Assembly (NCBI GenBank): GCA_964016885.1
Contig: OZ024756.1
Span: forward strand, 12,090,001-12,154,000
From: Eledone cirrhosa
Taxonomy: Eukaryota
Reading direction: 5' to 3'
DNA: 64,000 bases
Shown here: positions 62,001 to 64,000 of the stretch, piece after piece
Layout: each line of letters opens with the position of its first letter
Numbering within the stretch: the first letter of the stretch is position 1
Notes under the pieces: generated by a model
Databases searched by the model: none
The model's input: only the letters and a program-made list of their open reading frames with translations
Told to the model about the DNA's origin: nothing
Program-made: the position numbers and the translations under genes

Positions 62001-64000
62001 GTAAAGTTGTAGTGCTAGTGTCACAGTAATCTGCACCCAGTACACTCTGGAAAGTTGTAGTGCTAGTGTCACAGTAGCCTGTACCCAGTACACTCTGTAA
62101 CGTTGTAGTGCTAGTGTCACAGTAATCTGCACCCAGTACACTCTGTAAAGTTGTAGTGCTAGTGTCACAGTAGCCTGTACCCAGTACACTCTGGAAAGTT
62201 GTAGTGCTAGTGTCACAGTAGCCTGTACCCTGTACACTCTGTAAAGTTGTAGTGCTAGTGTCACAGTAGCCTGTACCCAGTACACTCTGGAAAGTTGTAG
62301 TGCTAGTGTCACAGTAATCTGCACCCAGTACACTCTGTAAAGTTGTAGTGCTAGTGTCACAGTAATCTGCACCCGGTACACTCTGTAAAGTTGTAGTGCT
62401 AGTGTCACAGTAATCTGCACCCAGTACACTCTGGAAAGTTGTAGTGCTAGTGTCACAGTAGCCTGTACCCAGTACACTCTGTAACGTTGTAGTGCTAGTG
62501 TCACAGTAATCTGCACCCAGTACACTCTGGAAAGTTGTAGTGCTAGTGTCACAGTAATCTGCACCCAGTACACTCTGGAAAGTTGTAGTGCTAGTGTCAC
62601 AGTAGCCTATACCCAGTACACTCTGGAAAGTTGTAGTGCTAGTGTCACAGTAATCTGCACCCAGTACACTCTGGAAAGTTGTAGTGCTAGTGTCACAGTA
62701 GCCTGTACCCAGTACACCCTGGAAAGTTGTAGTGCTAGTGTCACAGTAATCTGCACCCAGTACACTCTGGAAAGTTGTAGTGCTAGTGTCACAGTAGCCT
62801 GTACCCAGTACACTCTGGAAAGTTGTAGTGCTAGTGTCACAGTAGCCTGTACCCAGTACACTCTGGAAAGTTGTAGTGCTAGTGTCACAGTAGCCTGTAC
62901 CCAGTACACTCTGGAAAGTTGTAGTGCTAGTGTCACAGTAGCCTGTACCCTGTACACTCTGGAAAGTTGTAGTGCTAGTGTCACAGTAGCCTGTACCCTG
63001 TACACTCTGGAAAGTCGTAGTGCTAGTGTCACAGTAGCCTGTACCCAGTTCATTCTGTAAAGTTGTAGTGCTAGTGTCACAGTAGCCTGTACCCAGTACA
63101 CTCTGTAAAGTTGTAGTGCTAGTGTCACAGTAGCCTGTACCCAGTACACTCTGGAAAGTTGTAATGCTAGTGTCACAGTAGCCTGTACCCTGTACACTCT
63201 GGAAAGTTGTAGTGCTAGTGTCACAGTAGCTTGTACCCAGTACACTCTGGAAAGTTGTAGTGCTAGTGTCACAGTAGCCTGTACCCTGTACACTCTGTAA
63301 AGTTGTAGTGCTAGTGTCACAGTAGCCTGTACCCAGTACACTCTGGAAAGTTGTAGTGCTAGTGTCACAGTAGCCTGTACCCAGTACACTCTGGAAAGTT
63401 GTAGTGCTAGTGTCACAGTAGCCTGTACCCAGTACACTCTGGAAAGTTGTAGTGCTAGTGTCACAGTAGCCTGTACCCAGTACACTCTGTAAAGTTGTAG
63501 TGCTAGTGTCACAGTAATCTACACCCAGTACACTCTGTAAAGTTGTAGTGCTAGTGTCACCGTAGCCTGTACCCAGTACACTCTGGAAAGTTGTAGTGCT
63601 AGTGTCACAGTAGCCTGTACCCTGTACACTCTGTAAAGTTGTAGTGCTAGTGTCACAGTAGCCTGTACCCAGTACACTCTGGAAAGTTGTAGTGCTAGTG
63701 TCACAGTAATCTGCACCCAGTACACTCTGTAAAGTTGTAGTGCTAGTGTCACAGTAGCCTGTACCCAGTACACTCTGGAAAGTTGTAGTGCTAGTGTCAC
63801 CGTAATCTGCACCCAGTACACTCTGTAAAGTTGTAGTGCTAGTGTCACAGTAGCCTGTACCCAGTACACTCTGGAAAGTTGTAGTGCTAGTGTCACAGTA
63901 GCCTGTACCCTGTACACTCTGGAAAGTTGTAGTGCTAGTGTCACAGTAGCCTGTATCCAGTACACTCTGGAAAGTTGTAGTGCTAGTGTCACAGTAATCT
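59045..64000. repeat. 48-bp satellite, more than 100 copies, runs off the window
   Basis: Unit GTAGCCTGTACCCAGTACACTCTG(G/T)AAAGTTGTAGTGCTAGTGTCACA. Confidence 0.97.

Noticed and set aside
59040-63992. Long repetitive ORFs (TLALQLSRVYWVQATV)n
   Set aside because: By-product of a 48-bp unit that lacks stops in one frame. No coding evidence.

Overview
AT-rich, repeat-dense eukaryotic genomic DNA. It is probably a coleoid cephalopod such as Octopus; this is an inference from the SINE/RTE repertoire and microsatellite load. The window carries 13 phase-consistent GT-AG coding exons (12266-59023, + strand) of a NUGGC/SLIP-GC-like dynamin-family GTPase gene. The GTPase motifs are G1 GDTGAGKS, G3 DLPG and G4 TKSD, and the first visible exon is an unusual 2-kb acidic, low-complexity exon. 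The true start exon and the 3' exons were not found in the window. Introns and the upstream region contain RTE LINEs, two SINE families, an R4/Dong-like fragment, mariner and Tigger remnants, piggyBac- and hAT-type MITEs, Helitron-like elements and many minisatellites. The most notable non-coding signal is a set of at least seven minimal type-I hammerhead ribozyme motifs from several Penelope-like element (PLE) families. They have palindromic helix III, sit in (TA)n tracts and often lie inside fold-back structures; three are sense to the host pre-mRNA. One small module is shared by SINE bodies, RTE 5'/3' UTRs and newly formed satellites. All coordinates were read by eye.
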